A stretch of DNA of 59,817 nt, filler included. It is 5 parts of 5 records of this genome, joined end to end, with 100 filler letters (N's around TTAATTAATTAA, not from the genome) between each part and the next. Parts side by side here need not be neighbours in the genome. Positions count along the whole stretch, not along the records: positions 19,810 to 34,699 come from SRR31156797_15722; positions 34,800 to 51,736 come from SRR31156797_15733; 3 more parts are not named here. One strand, 5' to 3'. Below are positions 31,643 through 41,908 of this stretch, piece after piece. Every line of letters starts with the position of its first letter. Position 1 is the first letter of the stretch. The translations under genes and the position numbers were made by a program. The notes under the pieces were generated by a model, which worked only from the letters and a program-made list of their open reading frames with translations, searched no databases and was not told the origin of the DNA.

Positions 31643-33667
31643 ATGGGCAAAAAAAAATATTTACCAAAACTGGTACAAAACGATAAGTGGCTTGAACCTT
31701 ATTCAGGAGTAATTTCCGACAGGATAATTGTTGCAGAAAAAAAGGAAAAGGAAATTACAAACGGCTATTCGCTTTCTGAATTTGCAAGTGGTCATTTGTA
31801 TTTTGGATTACATAAAACAGATGAAGGTTGGATAATTCGCGAATGGGCACCCAATGCCACACACATTTATTTAATCGGAACTTTTAATAACTGGGAAGAG
31901 GGAGCACCCTGGTCGTTTACCCATATGGAGAATGGTGTTTGGGAACTTAAATTGAAACACGATGCTATTGCTCACGGCGATTTGTACGCATTAAATATTC
32001 ATTGGCCGGTTAATTTTGGAAAACGAATTCCAGCCTGGGCAACCCGGGTTGTTCAGGATGAAGAGACAAAAGTGTTTAATGCTCAGGTTTGGGCTTCGGG
32101 GAATGAATATCAGTGGGAAAATCCTGACTTTGTTCGGGCAGATGAACCACCTTTAATTTATGAAGGGCATATTGGAATGGCAGGAGAAGAGGCCAGAGTA
32201 CATACTTATGCTGAATTTCGAGAGCAAATGCTTCCGCGGATTAAGGAAAACGGATATAATACCATTCAATTAATGGCCATACCGGAACATCCTTACTACG
32301 GTAGTTTTGGTTATCATGTATCCAGTTTTTTTGCTGCTTCTTCGCGTTTTGGTACCCCGGAAGAGTTAAAGCAACTTATTGATGAAGCACATGGAATGGG
32401 CATTGCAGTAATAATGGATTTGGTGCATTCGCATGCTGTAAAAAATGAGGTTGAAGGACTCGGAAGTTACGATGGTACCCGTTATCAGTTTTTTCACGAA
32501 GGAGCAAAAGGAGAGCATCCTGCATGGGATTCTTACTGTTTCAACTATGGAAAAAATGAAGTTTTGCACTTCTTGTTATCAAATATAAAGTATTGGCTTA
32601 CCGAATATAAATTTGATGGTTTCCGTTTCGATGGAGTTACCAGTATGTTATATTTTAATCATGGATTGGAGATTGCTTTCACCAGTTATGAAGATTACTT
32701 TGGAGCAAATGTCGACCACGAAGCAACAACTTATCTGAAACTGGCCAATAAACTAATAAAAGAGATAAATCCGAATGCCATCTCGGTTGCTGAAGATATG
32801 AGTGGTATGCCCGGATTAGCAACTCCGATTGAAGATGGTGGCCTTGGTTTTGATTTTCGAATGGCGATGGGGATGCCCGATTTCTGGATAAAAACAATTA
32901 AAGAAAAATTGGATGATGAGTGGGATATGGCTGAAATATTTTACCAGCTTACATCAAAGCGACTGGATGAAAAAGTGGTAAGCTATGCCGAATCCCATGA
33001 CCAGGCTCTGGTGGGCGACAAAACGATTATTTTCCGTTTAATTGATAAGGAAATGTATTTCAGTATGCGCAAAGATCAATCCAACCTTATTGTGGAAAGG
33101 GGTATTGCGCTTCATAAGATGATTCGCCTGGCAACTGTTGCTGCTGCCGGAGGGGCTTACCTCAATTTTATGGGTAACGAATTTGGGCATCCGGAATGGA
33201 TCGATTTTCCCCGCGATGGAAATGACTGGTCGTACAGTCATGCCCGCCGAATATGGAGCATCGCCAACGATCCCGAACTAAAATTTCATTGGCTTTACGA
33301 TTTTGACAAAGAAATGATGCAATTGATAAACCAGAACCATTTGCTGACAGTACCTTCGGTTGATTTGGTGTTCGAACACAAACCGGATAAAGTATTGGCA
33401 TTTCACAGGGGCTTGTTTTTATTTGTATTCAACTTTAGTCCTACTCAGTCTTTTACCGATTATGGAATTCCATTAGGAGCCGGAAAATATAAGATTGTAT
33501 TAAACACCGATTCCGGACGATTTGGCGGACACGATAATGTGGATGAAGAAATAAGTTATTATACCATGCCAAGTCAGGGATTCGACAGCCAGCATTATCT
33601 GAAGTTGTATTTGCCGTCACGTACAGCCATAGTCCTAAAAAAAGTAGACATTCCAAAAGTGAAATAA
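31643..33667 (+). CDS. glgB: 1,4-alpha-glucan branching enzyme (GH13)
   Basis: EWAPNA, GSFGYHVS, DLVHSHA, DGFRFDGVTSM, AEDMSG, YAESHDQ. Confidence 0.95.
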   Translation: MGKKKYLPKLVQNDKWLEPYSGVISDRIIVAEKKEKEITNGYSLSEFASGHLYFGLHKTDEGWIIREWAPNATHIYLIGTFNNWEEGAPWSFTHMENGVWELKLKHDAIAHGDLYALNIHWPVNFGKRIPAWATRVVQDEETKVFNAQVWASGNEYQWENPDFVRADEPPLIYEGHIGMAGEEARVHTYAEFREQMLPRIKENGYNTIQLMAIPEHPYYGSFGYHVSSFFAASSRFGTPEELKQLIDEAHGMGIAVIMDLVHSHAVKNEVEGLGSYDGTRYQFFHEGAKGEHPAWDSYCFNYGKNEVLHFLLSNIKYWLTEYKFDGFRFDGVTSMLYFNHGLEIAFTSYEDYFGANVDHEATTYLKLANKLIKEINPNAISVAEDMSGMPGLATPIEDGGLGFDFRMAMGMPDFWIKTIKEKLDDEWDMAEIFYQLTSKRLDEKVVSYAESHDQALVGDKTIIFRLIDKEMYFSMRKDQSNLIVERGIALHKMIRLATVAAAGGAYLNFMGNEFGHPEWIDFPRDGNDWSYSHARRIWSIANDPELKFHWLYDFDKEMMQLINQNHLLTVPSVDLVFEHKPDKVLAFHRGLFLFVFNFSPTQSFTDYGIPLGAGKYKIVLNTDSGRFGGHDNVDEEISYYTMPSQGFDSQHYLKLYLPSRTAIVLKKVDIPKVK

Positions 33668-34687
33668 ATGGTAAAATCAAAGTTCCAAACCATTGTTAAT
33701 GTACCTGATTTTCGGTGGAAGACTGGCTATACTGCCCAAAATATGTTTTTGGGTTCATGTTTTACCGAAAACGTTGGAAACAAGATGGCTGGTTTGAAAT
33801 ATGATGTTGATATTAATCCTTTTGGAATTTTGTACAATCCCTTGTCTGTGGCTAATGGATTGGAAATTTTGCTGAAGCAAAAGGTATTTACAGACAAGGA
33901 TCTTAAACAGCACAATGGGGTATGGCATAGCTTTAGCCATCATGGCCGGTTCTCAGCTATTGAGAAGGAATATACCTTAAAAAGGATTAATAGCCGAATA
34001 AATACCTCAGCGGACTATCTGAGAAGTGCAGATTTTTTGTTTATTACTTTCGGAACAGCCTGGGTATATCGTTTGAAAAAGTCGGGAGAGGTGGTTGCAA
34101 ATTGCCATAAGATACCGGCAAAAGCTTTTTTGCGCGAAAGGATCTCGGTACAAACAATAGCTGAAACATATAAAGAATTACTTTCCCGGATTTGGTGTAA
34201 AAATCCAAAACTAAAAGTACTTTTTACCGTAAGTCCAATCAGACACTGGAAGGATGGGGCTATTGAAAACCAGCGAAGCAAGTCGACTTTGCTTTTGGCA
34301 ATTGATGAGCTGATAAAAGAATTTGGGAGCGAAAAATGTGCTTACTTTCCATCGTACGAAATAGTAATGGATGAATTACGCGATTACCGTTTTTACGGGG
34401 AAGATATGTTGCACCTTACAGACGTTGCTGTTAACCATATTTGGGAACGTTTTGAGCAATGCCTGGTTAATGCTGAAAGTACAAAAACTTCTAAAGAAAT
34501 CGTAAAAATTATCAATGCTGTAAAGCATCGGCCAATCAATAAAAAATCGCTGGAATATTCTAAATTTCTCCTTAGCTTTCAGGTGAAAACAAAGGAACTG
34601 GAGCAGAAATATCCATTTCTTAATTTAAAGTTAGAAAAAGAATATTTTAATGTTGAGATAAAAAAAATTGAAGCAGAGCAAAGGTGA
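33668..34687 (+). CDS. GSCFA domain-containing protein
   Basis: LGSCFTEN, NPFGILYNP, TVSPIRH, YFPSYEI..DELRDYRFY. Confidence 0.92.
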   Translation: MVKSKFQTIVNVPDFRWKTGYTAQNMFLGSCFTENVGNKMAGLKYDVDINPFGILYNPLSVANGLEILLKQKVFTDKDLKQHNGVWHSFSHHGRFSAIEKEYTLKRINSRINTSADYLRSADFLFITFGTAWVYRLKKSGEVVANCHKIPAKAFLRERISVQTIAETYKELLSRIWCKNPKLKVLFTVSPIRHWKDGAIENQRSKSTLLLAIDELIKEFGSEKCAYFPSYEIVMDELRDYRFYGEDMLHLTDVAVNHIWERFEQCLVNAESTKTSKEIVKIINAVKHRPINKKSLEYSKFLLSFQVKTKELEQKYPFLNLKLEKEYFNVEIKKIEAEQR

Positions 34688-34699
34688 ACATGATTTAAA

Positions 34700-34799
34700 N
34701 NNNNNNNNNNNNNNNNNNNNNNNNNNNNNNNNNNNNNNNNNNNTTAATTAATTAANNNNNNNNNNNNNNNNNNNNNNNNNNNNNNNNNNNNNNNNNNNN
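34700..34799. other. Artificial contig spacer
   Basis: N runs flanking TTAATTAATTAA. Confidence 0.99.
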
Positions 34800-34920
34800 A
34801 ATCCTGCACCTTGAAGTCACTTAGGTATAGGTTTGAATATTTAGACCACGCTTTTACAACCGTATGTATGCTACTATTAGCGCAGATAAATTAAGCAAAA
34901 TTAATATTCAAGGACACATG

Positions 34921-35787
34921 ATGATTTACAGTATGACGGCGTACGCACGCAAAGAAGTCAAAGGCGACTGGGGCAGTGCTGTATGGGAAATTCGTTCGGT
35001 TAATCAACGTTATCTCGAAACATACTTCCGCTTACCTGAGCAATTTCGAAGCTTAGAGCCTGTGTTACGCGAGCGTTTTCGTAAGCGCTTAGCTCGCGGT
35101 AAAGTCGAGTGTCATCTGCGTTTTGAAGCAAACCCTGCTGCACAAAGCGAGCTTAAAATCAACGAAACATTAGCAAACCAGGTCATTAAAGCGGCAGGTC
35201 AGGTCATGCACATGACTGGCGAACTAACCCGCATTAACCCATTTCAGGTAATGCAGTGGCCTGGCGTCATGGAAACCCCTGAGCAAGATATGGATGCGAT
35301 CAACAAAACGCTACTGGAAGCTTTTGATGAAGCAATATCTGAATTCATTGATGCTCGTGGTCGCGAAGGCGAAAACATGAAGGCTCTGATTGAACAGCGT
35401 CTTGAAGCTATTGGTGACGAAGTGGTTAAAGTTCGTGCTCGTATGCCTGAAATTCTTCAGTGGCAACGTGACCGCCTGTTCACTAAGTTTGAAGAAGCAA
35501 AAGTTGAACTCGACCCAACTCGTATCGAACAAGAATTAATTCTTCTGGCACAGAAATCTGACGTTGCTGAAGAACTGGATCGTTTAGACTCTCATATCAA
35601 AGAAGCGCGTAATGTGATGAAGAAAGGCGGCGCATGCGGTCGTAAACTCGACTTTATGATGCAAGAGTTCAACCGTGAATCAAACACGCTTGCTTCTAAA
35701 TCAATCAGCACAGACATCACCGCATCCGGTGTCGAACTTAAAGTGCTTATCGAGCAGATGAGAGAACAAATTCAGAATATCGAATAA
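34921..35787 (+). CDS. yicC: YicC/YloC family endoribonuclease
   Basis: MIYSMTAYAR start; GRKLDFMMQEFNRESNTLASK..EQMREQIQNIE end. Confidence 0.97.
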   Translation: MIYSMTAYARKEVKGDWGSAVWEIRSVNQRYLETYFRLPEQFRSLEPVLRERFRKRLARGKVECHLRFEANPAAQSELKINETLANQVIKAAGQVMHMTGELTRINPFQVMQWPGVMETPEQDMDAINKTLLEAFDEAISEFIDARGREGENMKALIEQRLEAIGDEVVKVRARMPEILQWQRDRLFTKFEEAKVELDPTRIEQELILLAQKSDVAEELDRLDSHIKEARNVMKKGGACGRKLDFMMQEFNRESNTLASKSISTDITASGVELKVLIEQMREQIQNIE

Positions 35788-35812
35788 TTGTTTTTCTTGT
35801 TCACTTAAACAC

Positions 35813-35840
35813 AAAAACGAGCCTTATAGGCTCGTTTTTT
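35813..35840. terminator. Bidirectional intrinsic terminator between yicC and yijD
   Basis: AAAAACGAGCCT-TAT-AGGCTCGTTTTT. Confidence 0.85.
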
Positions 35841-35862
35841 ATTGTTCATAGATAATCGTCAA

Positions 35863-36237
35863 TTAGTCAGAACGACCGATAAAGCCTAGTTTCTTACCAA
35901 TCCAAACCATCAGTAATAAAACAACGATAATGGAGAAGAAGTTAGAGCCGGCGTCTGGGTACTGCGCTTTGACAAATGCAGAATGACCAAACGCGCCCAC
36001 GAAAAAGCAAGCCAAGCCAACCAGCGGGATGTCTTCTGCAACCGGGTGGCGTAAGTATTCCTGATACAGCGCTTGTACTGATAGCACGAGCGCAATCACA
36101 GGGAAAATAGAGAAAGACACTTGGCTAATTGTCACCCAAGACAATAAAGCGTCCCCACACATACCGGCAATTAAAGCCAGTACCAATGTTTTACGTTCTG
36201 AACCATGATTGTTGGTGTTAATACTTTCATTCGACAT
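35863..36237 (-). CDS. yijD: YijD family membrane protein
   Basis: FSIFP and YPDAGSNFF motifs; coupled to fabR. Confidence 0.9.
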   Translation of the reverse strand: MSNESINTNNHGSERKTLVLALIAGMCGDALLSWVTISQVSFSIFPVIALVLSVQALYQEYLRHPVAEDIPLVGLACFFVGAFGHSAFVKAQYPDAGSNFFSIIVVLLLMVWIGKKLGFIGRSD

Positions 36238-36878
36238 TAATTCAATCCGCCTTTTAGTCGATTACGTTCACGTTCTTTGCGATACCAGAAAGCACCTTTT
36301 GCTATCATACGCAATTGCATTATGAGACGTTCTGCGAGGACATCGCGATCACGCCTTTCAAGATCCAGCGCTTCTGCGCCAGAGCTAAATACTAATGTGA
36401 CTGAGGCTTCCGCTTGTGTAATGGCTTCTTCACGATTCATTCCGGTGGCAATCAGATATTCAGACAATTCCGCAGAAAAGTGCTGAATCTCACGAGCGAC
36501 TGCAGTACGAAACTCAAACGATGTACCCGATCGCTCACGAAGCAACAAACGAAACACGTTTGGGCTGCTCTCAATAAACTCCATGAATGTTTCCACTGAA
36601 GTTCGAATCACACTGCCCTCTTTCACAATACGCTGCCGAGCTTGCCTCATTAGCTGACGAAGTAACAAACCGCCTTCATCAACCATAGTCAAACCCAGTT
36701 CATCCATATCTTTAAAGTGACGGTAGAAAGAGGTTGGTGCAATGCCAGCTTCGCGGGCAACTTCTCGTAAGCTTAAGTTTGAAAAACTGCGATCAGCACT
36801 TAGTTGGCTAAACGCCGCATCAATCAGCGAACGACGTGTTTTCTCTTTCTGTTGTGCGCGAATTCCCGTGGATTTCAT
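36237..36878 (-). CDS. fabR: TetR-family repressor FabR
   Basis: [48 protein letters not shown]. Confidence 0.97.
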   Translation of the reverse strand: MKSTGIRAQQKEKTRRSLIDAAFSQLSADRSFSNLSLREVAREAGIAPTSFYRHFKDMDELGLTMVDEGGLLLRQLMRQARQRIVKEGSVIRTSVETFMEFIESSPNVFRLLLRERSGTSFEFRTAVAREIQHFSAELSEYLIATGMNREEAITQAEASVTLVFSSGAEALDLERRDRDVLAERLIMQLRMIAKGAFWYRKERERNRLKGGLN

Positions 36879-37149
36879 GTAAGCCAAGCCCTGCCAAGTC
36901 ACTAAAGTCGCCTACTATAACGCGATTACCCCACATTACTAAGAGGCAAAGCAGACCATTTTGAAGCACGAGACAATTTTCTAACATAAGAGTTGCACTT
37001 TTCAGCAATAGCTTGAACTCAAATAGTCGATATACCCTGGATTCTCGTGATCGCCTCCACTCTATAGTTGCTTGACGATATTACGAGCCATAAAAATAAG
37101 TTAAAATCTCGATAAAGCAATGTTAAACAATCTATAACAAGGATCATTT

Positions 37150-38550
37150 ATGGCACAGAATAACCACTTTGACGTTATCGTAATTGGTAGTGGGCCCGGC
37201 GGCGAAGGTGCAGCCATGGGGCTGACCAAAGCGGGATTGAATGTCGCCATTATTGAGAAAGAAGCGAGTGTCGGTGGTGGTTGTACCCACTGGGGAACCA
37301 TTCCATCGAAAGCATTACGCCACGCGGTTAGCCGTATCATCGAGTTCAACAGTAATCCGCTGTTCTGCAATAATAACAAGAGCCTGCACTCCACGTTTTC
37401 ATCGATTTTAGGACATGCTAAAAGTGTTATCGACAAACAGACTCGTCTGCGTCAGGGCTTTTATGACCGCAACCAATGCAGCTTAATCTTCGGTACCGCT
37501 CAGTTTATTGATGCGAATACTGTGGCTGTCACTAAGAGCGATCACACCGTCGAGAACTACACTGCAGATAAGTTTGTCATTGCTACGGGTTCACGCCCAT
37601 ATCGTCCAGCAGATGTCGATTTCAACCATTCTCGCGTATACGACAGCGACTCTATTTTGAACCTTAAACACGACCCACAGCACATCATCATTTACGGTGC
37701 AGGTGTTATTGGCTGTGAATATGCCTCAATTTTCCGTGGCTTAGGCGTGAAAACAGATCTAATCAATACCCGTGACCGACTGCTTTCCTTCCTAGACAAC
37801 GAAACCTCCGATGCCCTTTCATACCATTTCTGGAACAGTGGTGTGGTTATCCGTAATGATGAAACGTACAGCAAAATTGAAGGGACGGAAGACGGCGTAA
37901 TCATGCACCTGAATTCAGGTAAGAAAATGAAAGCGGATTGCATCCTATATGCCAACGGTCGCACCGGTAATACCGATAAACTGAACTTAGAAGTGGTTGG
38001 TCTGATTCCTGACTCTCGTGGTCAGCTATCGGTAAACAGTAACTATCAAACCGAAGTTAATCATATTTATGCTGTGGGTGACGTGATTGGTTACCCGAGC
38101 TTAGCAAGTGCGGCTTATGATCAGGGACGTTTTACCGCTCAAGCGATTTCTCAGGGTGATGCGACCAACAAGCTGATCGAAGACATCCCAACCGGTATTT
38201 ATACCATTCCAGAAATCAGCTCAGTGGGTAAAACTGAACAAGAGTTGACGGCAGCAAAAGTGCCTTACGAAGTTGGGCGATCTTCCTTTAAACACCTAGC
38301 TCGAGCACAGATTGCAGGTAAAGACGTCGGTAGTTTGAAGATTTTATTCCATCGTGAAACCAAAGAGATTTTAGGTATCCATTGTTTTGGTGAGCGTGCT
38401 GCTGAAATCATCCATATCGGCCAAGCGATTATGGAACAGAAAGGCGAAGCGAATACCATCGAGTACTTTGTAAACACGACTTTCAACTATCCAACCATGG
38501 CTGAGGCTTATCGTGTTGCGGCTCTCAATGGTTTGAATCGTCTGTTTTAA
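37150..38550 (+). CDS. sthA: Soluble pyridine nucleotide transhydrogenase
   Basis: [17 protein letters not shown]-terminal [10 protein letters not shown]; divergent from fabR. Confidence 0.98.
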   Translation: MAQNNHFDVIVIGSGPGGEGAAMGLTKAGLNVAIIEKEASVGGGCTHWGTIPSKALRHAVSRIIEFNSNPLFCNNNKSLHSTFSSILGHAKSVIDKQTRLRQGFYDRNQCSLIFGTAQFIDANTVAVTKSDHTVENYTADKFVIATGSRPYRPADVDFNHSRVYDSDSILNLKHDPQHIIIYGAGVIGCEYASIFRGLGVKTDLINTRDRLLSFLDNETSDALSYHFWNSGVVIRNDETYSKIEGTEDGVIMHLNSGKKMKADCILYANGRTGNTDKLNLEVVGLIPDSRGQLSVNSNYQTEVNHIYAVGDVIGYPSLASAAYDQGRFTAQAISQGDATNKLIEDIPTGIYTIPEISSVGKTEQELTAAKVPYEVGRSSFKHLARAQIAGKDVGSLKILFHRETKEILGIHCFGERAAEIIHIGQAIMEQKGEANTIEYFVNTTFNYPTMAEAYRVAALNGLNRLF

Positions 38551-38570
38551 TTAGTGCTTCTAATAACTAT

Positions 38571-38596
38571 AAACGGGGGTAGATACCCCCGTTTTT
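38571..38596. terminator. Intrinsic terminator between sthA and dinF
   Basis: AAACGGGGGTA-GA-TACCCCCGTTTTT. Confidence 0.85.
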
Positions 38597-38617
38597 TATT
38601 CTGCTGCTTGTTCATTG

Positions 38618-39958
38618 TCAGGCAAAGAAAACACCACGTCGCCACTGGTTAAACATCACCACACCTAAACTGATTCCACGCATCAGCATGAAGCTCAACA
38701 TCGCCAACCACAAAGCGTGATTTCCATAGTGTGAGAACAGATAAAACATCGCAAAAAACGTACTGGTCGCAACCACCATTCCATTACGCATCTCTTTACC
38801 CTTGGTGGCTCCAATAAAGATACCATCCAGTAAGAAACACCACATTGAAGTTAATGGCATCGCCACTAACCAAGGTAAATACTGATAAGCTTCGTTCTGT
38901 ACACTTGGAATATCTGAGATCAAACGGATCAGCTCCGATCCCCATAAACCAAATCCAATCGTTAACAGAGTACAGATGATCACACACCAGAAAGCACTAC
39001 CGACCATCGCAGCTTTAAGCTGAGTTTCACTTTTCGCACCTATCGCCTTACCAACCATGGCTTCCATCGCATAAGCAAACCCATCCATTCCATACGAAAT
39101 CAGCATCAAAAAACTCATTAACACCGCATTCGCGGCAACAGTGTGGTCACCAAATGCTGCGCCCTGAAAAGTCATAAAGCTAAAAGCGGCCTGCAAACAG
39201 AGCGAGCGTAAAAAGATATCTCTGTTCAGTTTTACAAATCGGCTCAGCCCTTCACTGCTGCCACTTATCTTACTCCACAGACCGGGTAGCTGATGAGTGC
39301 GCCAATATTTCCATACGCACAACAAACCAAAGCTCATACCGGCATAATCGGCAATCACTGAGGCTGATGCGGCACCTTGTACTTTCCAATCAAACCCCAC
39401 AACAAACAGTAAATCTAAAGCAATGTTTGTTACGTTGGTAATAATCACCATCCACATCGGTGCTTTTGAATTCTGTGTGCCGAGCAACCAGCCTAATAAA
39501 ACGAAGTTCATCAGCGCGGCCGGAGCACTCCATGCCCTAATCAGAAAATATTGCTGCCCATAAAACTTTACCTGCTCACTGGCATCACTGAACGAAAATA
39601 TGCCCTGAACAATAAATCGATGCATTAGCAGGAAAATAGCCGCGAAACCCAATGCCATTAGGCTACCTTGCACCAACACTCGAACCAGTTTTTGGGGATC
39701 ATCAGCGCCGAATGCCTGTGCTGTTAAACCAGTGGTAGACATACGTAAAAAGCCAAGCAGCCAGAAGGTGACACTCAGCATTGTGCTCCCTAGCGCTACG
39801 CCACCTAAATACCAAGCATGATCTAAATGACCAATGACAGCAGCATCGACTAAGCCTAATAAAGGAACGGTAATATTGGATAGCACCATCGGTATTGCCA
39901 ACAGCAAAACCTGTCGATGCATGGAACGATCTGACAGCGTTTGAATTAAGAATTGCAC
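38618..39958 (-). CDS. dinF: MATE family efflux transporter DinF
   Basis: LSNITVPLLGLVDAAVIGHL, FLRMSTTGLTAQA; lexA neighbourhood. Confidence 0.95.
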   Translation of the reverse strand: MQFLIQTLSDRSMHRQVLLLAIPMVLSNITVPLLGLVDAAVIGHLDHAWYLGGVALGSTMLSVTFWLLGFLRMSTTGLTAQAFGADDPQKLVRVLVQGSLMALGFAAIFLLMHRFIVQGIFSFSDASEQVKFYGQQYFLIRAWSAPAALMNFVLLGWLLGTQNSKAPMWMVIITNVTNIALDLLFVVGFDWKVQGAASASVIADYAGMSFGLLCVWKYWRTHQLPGLWSKISGSSEGLSRFVKLNRDIFLRSLCLQAAFSFMTFQGAAFGDHTVAANAVLMSFLMLISYGMDGFAYAMEAMVGKAIGAKSETQLKAAMVGSAFWCVIICTLLTIGFGLWGSELIRLISDIPSVQNEAYQYLPWLVAMPLTSMWCFLLDGIFIGATKGKEMRNGMVVATSTFFAMFYLFSHYGNHALWLAMLSFMLMRGISLGVVMFNQWRRGVFFA

Positions 39959-40007
39959 ACTCAGCCCTCTGATTATGAGAGCAAAGTGTAACTAAGTTAG
40001 TGATTAT

Positions 40008-40823
40008 CTACCATTGCATATGTACAACGATAGGGGTCACACGTTGCTTGAAGCCAGTCAACTTCAATAGCTTATGCCAAAACTTCCAGCGACCACAATT
40101 GCTATCTAGTGGAGAGAATGTCGTAGTTTGACGTACCCAAGGTAGGCAGTTCATTACGGCATTTTTAGGAGAGGAAAAGCCATGAGCGTAGTTTCCTGAA
40201 CCCATTCTTTGCCCAAACTGGGTGTGGGTTTTATCTCCAGCCAATACAATACAAGCATTCGCATTGGTAAAAGCTAATCCGATCGAACGAATAAATCGCG
40301 CAGTTTGCCCCGCATCGCAATCAAGCAATGCGTGCTCACATAAGATCAGCACAGGAGCATATTCAGGAATGGGTAGTTGATCTAACCAATCGATCTCTTT
40401 CACGCTGCCACATAAATGCTGGTAACGTTCACTACGATGAAACAGCTTTTGTCGCCAAAGCAGGTTTTCAGTTACATCCAACTCTATCCAGTGACAACGA
40501 CCATTATCGACACGATAAAAACGTGTATCTAAACCAGCGCCAACATTCACTATCCAACCATCAGGATGCGTTTCCAAGAACTGGTGCACCTGTCTGTCGC
40601 ACAATTGGGTTAAGGTCGCGTGGAGGAGTTGTTTTTGATCGATATCCCCACTTAAACATTCGGCGGCGAGGTGACATCGCAGGCATGCTTTAGCTGCAAT
40701 CGGGTCATACACTAGACCGTTATCAACCAAACTTTCACGGCTACGAAGCCAGAGTGGTTGAACCAAATTGGAGGGTATCTGATAACGTTGTGGTGTTTGT
40801 GAATGAGAAGGGCGCATTATCAT
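40008..40823 (-). CDS. Class I SAM-dependent O-methyltransferase-like protein (LCM/TcmP-like)
   Basis: VNVGAGLDTRFYRVDNG..WIELD motif. Confidence 0.85.
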   Translation of the reverse strand: MIMRPSHSQTPQRYQIPSNLVQPLWLRSRESLVDNGLVYDPIAAKACLRCHLAAECLSGDIDQKQLLHATLTQLCDRQVHQFLETHPDGWIVNVGAGLDTRFYRVDNGRCHWIELDVTENLLWRQKLFHRSERYQHLCGSVKEIDWLDQLPIPEYAPVLILCEHALLDCDAGQTARFIRSIGLAFTNANACIVLAGDKTHTQFGQRMGSGNYAHGFSSPKNAVMNCLPWVRQTTTFSPLDSNCGRWKFWHKLLKLTGFKQRVTPIVVHMQW

Positions 40824-40846
40824 CTTCCTTGAATTGCAGCTAGAAA

Positions 40847-40865
40847 GATGATAATGAATATCAAT
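40847..40865. promoter_or_regulatory. Fur box
   Basis: GATGATAATGAATATCAAT matches the AATGATAATnATTATCATT palindrome at 15 of 18 defined positions; just upstream of the methyltransferase gene. Confidence 0.7.
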
Positions 40866-40960
40866 TAGATTTGCAAATTATTAACCGCCGAAAAAATAAT
40901 TACCTAGTGGGCATCAAGACTTACCTTTTTGCCGCATTCAGAATTACGTCAATCAGATCA

Positions 40961-41578
40961 TCACATCCAATCGGTATTACGAATAATGCCGACCGCAATA
41001 CCTTCAATAGAAAGCTCTTGGCTAGTTAAATCAACTTCGATTGGTGAAAACTCTTCATTTTCTGCATGTAGCAGCACTTTAGAGCCTTTGCGCTCTAGAC
41101 GTTTAACCGTCACATCATCTTCAACACGAGCGACGACAACTTGGCCGTTACGCACATCTTGAGTTTTATGCACAGCAAGTAAATCACCATCCATAATACC
41201 AATATCTTTCATACTCTCGCCTTGCACGCGCAATAAGAAATCAGCTTGCGGACGAAACATGGAAGGATCGACCTGGTAGTGAGATTCAACATGTTCCTGA
41301 GCTAAAATCGGCTCACCTGCCGCAACTCGACCAATCAAAGGTAAACCCTGATCATCATTTGCCGCGTCCAATAAAATACGAATACCACGAGATGCTCCCG
41401 GTACAATTTCAATCGCTTGCTTACGAGCGAGTGCTTTCAAATGCTCTTCAGCAGCATTCGCAGAACGGAAACCCAATTCACGAGCAATTTCTGCACGTGT
41501 TGGTGGCATACCTGTTTCATCTATTTTGCTTTTAATTAAATCAAAAACTTGTTGCTGGCGTGGCGTTAACGGCTTCAT
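40961..41578 (-). CDS. lexA: SOS repressor LexA
   Basis: [21 protein letters not shown] cleavage site, GESM, VTVKR. Confidence 0.99.
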   Translation of the reverse strand: MKPLTPRQQQVFDLIKSKIDETGMPPTRAEIARELGFRSANAAEEHLKALARKQAIEIVPGASRGIRILLDAANDDQGLPLIGRVAAGEPILAQEHVESHYQVDPSMFRPQADFLLRVQGESMKDIGIMDGDLLAVHKTQDVRNGQVVVARVEDDVTVKRLERKGSKVLLHAENEEFSPIEVDLTSQELSIEGIAVGIIRNTDWM

Positions 41579-41585
41579 AATTCAC

Positions 41586-41621
41586 CTGTTTTTTTATACA
41601 GTTAACTGTGAGTATATCCAG
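41586..41621. promoter_or_regulatory. Two tandem LexA (SOS) boxes
   Basis: CTGTTTTTTTATACAG (41586-41601) and CTGTGAGTATATCCAG (41606-41621), both CTG-N10-CAG. Confidence 0.92.
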
Positions 41622-41908
41622 TGTTGGATAAAAAGCAAAGCAATTGCTTATTTTTTATATAAAAATGGGTTTATCCCTCAAGTCACTCAGCAGATGTCGC
41701 CATGTTTAAAACAGCAGAAAATTCAGAAAAAGTGACGGCATTGAAGCCACTGGCTTAATAAAATTAAAAGGTTCGACCAGTTTCTGGTATTCTTGCATCT
41801 CGAAAAATAAAGACCGACTTAGGTGTATCTCCATTTTCCTTTCTAAATCAGCTAGGAACACGGAAATACACTTCAGTTTTTGTACTGATTTTTGAGGCTT
41901 TGAACTCT

